Origin: an uncultured delta proteobacterium
Lineage (GTDB): Bacteria; Myxococcota_A; Polyangia; Polyangiales; Polyangiaceae
Direction: 5' to 3'
Assembly: GCA_963806225.1 (NCBI GenBank)
Contig: CAWDXG010000001.1
Span: 640,001 to 704,000 of the forward strand
Length of the DNA: 64,000 nt
Part shown: piece by piece, positions 61,181 through 64,000 of the stretch
Layout: each line of letters opens with the position of its first letter
Numbering within the stretch: position 1 is the first letter of the stretch
Notes under the pieces: generated by a model
The model's input: only the letters and a program-made list of their open reading frames with translations
Told to the model about the DNA's origin: nothing
Databases searched by the model: none
Position numbers and translations under genes: made by a program

Positions 61181-61496
61181 CGCTACCTCCGCGACGCGGA
61201 CTCTCGCACGGGAAGTTGATGGGCATCAAGGGCCCTGAAAGCGTAGCGCGCGGCGGATCGAGCGCGAGTCGAGCGCGGCTCGACGGCAGCGAGCACGTCC
61301 CGCAGGCCGCGTGGCGGCATCCACCGGAGACTCGACTACGCGCCCCCGAGCGAAGCGGCGGGTGCGGTCTTCGCGGCGGTGCCCCGCGCGCGGAGCCGAG
61401 GTTGGACCGCGAGCGCGCGAAGGCCCGCCCGACGCGAAGCGCGCGTGGGCAGCCAATCCGCTGACGCCCGCGCGAAGGACCGCTAGACTCGCGGAC

Positions 61497-62135
61497 GTGA
61501 TCCCGTTGTCCTCCAAGCGCAAGCGCGTCGCCGCCCTCCTGGCCGGTCTCGTGATGGCAGCCTGCGGCGGGAACGTTCGGAATTCGAATTCCGGTACTGG
61601 GGGCAGCGGCGGAGCAGATGGCGGCTCGACTGGCGGTAGTGGCGGAAGCCCGGCGGGCGACGCCGGCGGATGCGGCGCCGGGACCAAGCCCTGCGGCGGA
61701 GCGTGCGTGAGCGAGGACGATCCTTCTTACGGCTGTTCGACCTCGTCGTGCGCGCCCTGCGCCCTGCCCAATGCCACCGCCACGTGCAAGAAGCCCCCGG
61801 GGGGCGTGGGCAAGTTGTTCTGCGCCCTGCAGACCTGCACCCCCGGCTTCGCCGACTGCAACAAAGACCCCGCCGACGGCTGCGAGGTCGACGTGGCCAG
61901 CGACCCGGACAACTGCGGTGCCTGCGGGAGTTCGTGCGATCCCACGGGCACGTCGTGCTTCTACTGCATGCAGGGGTTCTGCAGTGTGCCCGGCTGCCCG
62001 GTCAACACAGCCGACTGCAACTGCGACCCAGCCGACGCCTGCGAAGTCGACCTGCAGATCGATCCGACCAACTGCGGCTTCTGCGGCCACGCCTGCGCGC
62101 CAGGGCAGAGCTGCGTCAACGGGCTCTGCAACTGA
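61497..62135 (+). CDS. Cys-rich lipoprotein with Stig1-like DPxNCGxCG repeats
   Basis: Lipobox MAAC, ADCN...DGCE...DPDNCGACG repeated. Confidence 0.75.
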   Translation: MIPLSSKRKRVAALLAGLVMAACGGNVRNSNSGTGGSGGADGGSTGGSGGSPAGDAGGCGAGTKPCGGACVSEDDPSYGCSTSSCAPCALPNATATCKKPPGGVGKLFCALQTCTPGFADCNKDPADGCEVDVASDPDNCGACGSSCDPTGTSCFYCMQGFCSVPGCPVNTADCNCDPADACEVDLQIDPTNCGFCGHACAPGQSCVNGLCN

Positions 62136-62138
62136 GCC

Positions 62139-62804
62139 CTACTTCGGCTTCGGCCAGGGCGCGTCCGCCGCGCTGCCGAGCGAATAGCCCGCTTTCCGGA
62201 GCTTCGGCCGGCAGATGTCCTCGCACAGATCGTATTCGCGATCGATCGTGAGCACCGTCCCCTTCGCGTCTTCCATCAGGCAGCCGCGGGTTGGGCAGTG
62301 CGGCAGGCCCAGCGTGTGGCCCATCTCGTGCACCGCGGTCTTGCCGAGGCGGATGCGGGCGTGTGCGGCGCTCTTCGCGCGGCGCTTGCAGCGGAATGAC
62401 GACAGTACGCCGACGCGGCCGTCCAGCGTCGCGAGGCCCACGATGCCCCAGTCCTTGTATTTCCCCTTGGTGGTCGAGATGTCGACGCCGGTCAGGCCGA
62501 GCACGCGGAAGGCGTCGTCGGGCCCCCGCGTGCGCAAGAACTCGAGCAGCTTCTCGGCGCGGTAGCGATGCCGCGGCGGGTAGTACGCCGAATGCGGCAG
62601 CGGTACGCGGTCGAGTAGCTTCACATCCATCTGGTAGAAGACGGAAAGCGCCTGCCCCACTAGCGCCACGTCCGCGTCGGGCAGCGCGCGACCCAGCGGC
62701 TGGATGTGGACGCGGCGCTTCTCTCCCGCCAAAGCGGTCGGTGCGATCCCGCTCGCGGCGACGAGCGCCATGGCCTGCAGAAGCTGTCGTCGCGAAGGGC
62801 TCAT
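62139..62804 (-). CDS. Archaemetzincin (M54) family zinc peptidase with a Tat-like signal
   Basis: HEMGHTLGLPHC..CLM..C..C; N-terminal SRRQLL. Confidence 0.85.
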   Translation of the reverse strand: MSPSRRQLLQAMALVAASGIAPTALAGEKRRVHIQPLGRALPDADVALVGQALSVFYQMDVKLLDRVPLPHSAYYPPRHRYRAEKLLEFLRTRGPDDAFRVLGLTGVDISTTKGKYKDWGIVGLATLDGRVGVLSSFRCKRRAKSAAHARIRLGKTAVHEMGHTLGLPHCPTRGCLMEDAKGTVLTIDREYDLCEDICRPKLRKAGYSLGSAADAPWPKPK

Positions 62805-62813
62805 GCGCGCACC

Positions 62814-63770
62814 TCACTTCAAGCGTGACATCGTTTCCGCGTCGAGGCGCACCGGTTCGCGCGGCAGCTCTGCGAGGTCGAAAATCGGTACGATGTCCGC
62901 AGCCCTCGCGCGATCGGGCACCTCGAGCCCGGCGCTCCGCGCTGCCCACACGACGACGGCGCGCGCGTCGACGCCCGTCTCGCGCAGCTCCGAGAGGCTC
63001 AGGTCGTCGGCGCGCTTGGCCAGGCGCCGGCCGTCGGCGTCGACCACCAGCGGCACGTGGAACCAGTCGGGATGCGGCAGCCCCAGCGCACGCTGCAAGT
63101 GCCACTGCCGGGCCGTGCTCGGCAGGAGGTCGTCGCCGCGCAGCACTTCGGTCACGCCCTGCCGCGCGTCATCGACGACGACCGCGAGCTGGTAGGCCGG
63201 CGTGCCGTCGCGCCGCCCGATCAGGAAATCACCGACCTCCGTCTCGACGTCGATCGACAGCGCCGCCGCGATGCCATCGCGGATCTCGACTGGACCCGGC
63301 GGCACCCGGAAGCGCACGCCTGCCGCGCGCCCGGTGCGCCGCTCGGCGACTTCCAGCGAATCGAAGCGGCCGCGACACGTGCCCGGGTAGCGGAGCTCGC
63401 CCTCGCCGGCGTGTGGCGCGCTCGCTGCGCGCAGCTCGCCGCGCGTGCAAACGCAGGGGTAGGCGAGCCCCCGCTCGAGCAGATCGGAAGCCGCCGCGCG
63501 GATCGGCTCGAGCCCGGCCGACTGCAGCTCCACCGCTCCGTCCCAGTCGAGCCCCAGCCATTCCAGGTCGCGCAGCGCCGCCTCGATCATGCCCGGCCGC
63601 ACGCGCGGTGCATCGAGATCCTCCATCCGCATCCGCATCGTCCCGCCGCGCGCGCGGACGTGCCACCACGCGAGCAGGAAGCTCCGCGCGTGCCCCAGAT
63701 GCAGAAGGCCCGTCGGGCTCGGCGCCAGCCGCCCTACCGGCGGGCCGTCGCCGGCTGCGTCATCCGCCAT
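62814..63770 (-). CDS. gluQ: tRNA glutamyl-Q(34) synthetase
   Basis: GRLAPSPTGLLHLGH, YPCxCTR, YPGTCR, YQLAVVVDD, RLAKR; no anticodon-binding domain. Confidence 0.92.
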   Translation of the reverse strand: MADDAAGDGPPVGRLAPSPTGLLHLGHARSFLLAWWHVRARGGTMRMRMEDLDAPRVRPGMIEAALRDLEWLGLDWDGAVELQSAGLEPIRAAASDLLERGLAYPCVCTRGELRAASAPHAGEGELRYPGTCRGRFDSLEVAERRTGRAAGVRFRVPPGPVEIRDGIAAALSIDVETEVGDFLIGRRDGTPAYQLAVVVDDARQGVTEVLRGDDLLPSTARQWHLQRALGLPHPDWFHVPLVVDADGRRLAKRADDLSLSELRETGVDARAVVVWAARSAGLEVPDRARAADIVPIFDLAELPREPVRLDAETMSRLK

Positions 63771-64000
63771 CCCTGCAACCGCACTGCGCGACGCGCCGCC
63801 CGTTCTCGTTCACGAGCTTCTTGGCGTGATCGCAGCGCGCGTCGTCGTCACCCGCGAGCCGGCACACCGCGTCGGCCGCGCGCTTGAGCGATGCGAACGC
63901 CTTGCACGCTGTGTCACAGCGCGATTCCTCGTCGGCAGCGGCTGTCGAGGTGCGCGACGTCGGCTTCGTGCCCGAGCTCGCGGCGCCCCCCGCCATCTGC
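63760..64000 (-). CDS. 3' end of a hypothetical protein (5' end outside the window)
   Basis: ..CDTACKAFASLKRAADAVCRLAGDDDARC.. reads as a folded helical Cys domain; the stop overlaps the gluQ start. Confidence 0.55.
   Translation of the reverse strand, partial: QMAGGAASSGTKPTSRTSTAAADEESRCDTACKAFASLKRAADAVCRLAGDDDARCDHAKKLVNENGRRVAQCGCRDGG

Overview
High-GC bacterial DNA with the hallmarks of a myxobacterium, probably Sorangiineae/Polyangiaceae-like. This is inferred from many Gly/Ser-linker Cys-rich lipoproteins, a MYXO-CTERM-like tail and an FHA-sigma54 activator/Ser-Thr kinase/TPR-PEGA operon. About 55 CDS are supportable. They include a NAGGN osmolyte operon (asnO-ngg-M42 peptidase), cobB, an acyl-CoA ligase, a lipid-processing neighbourhood (two paralogous secreted alpha/beta hydrolases, an esterase, a GMC oxidoreductase, a PaaX-like regulator with a desaturase, an LNS2 phosphatase), peptidases, a POT transporter, miaE and gluQ. 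I saw no rRNA, tRNA, CRISPR array, transposase or integrase. The most notable signals: (1) a candidate trans-envelope signalling cassette at 52.2-59.6 kb, in which a sigma54 promoter with enhancer-like repeats precedes an amidase/DPBB enzyme, and a surface protein with the same DPBB domain lies next to the FHA-activator/kinase/PEGA operon; (2) two intergenic sigma54 promoters that precede structured non-coding sequence rather than a CDS (about 3862-3983 minus, Pxr-like, and about 15526-15625 plus), with complementary C-rich and G-rich tracts; (3) a 68-bp direct repeat of the miaE promoter/start bracketing a 6.1-kb integrase-less insert; (4) a small secreted protein with four [VI][IV]DPW repeats and an 11-module knottin-like lipoprotein. 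All family assignments come from reading motifs by eye; no database searches were run.
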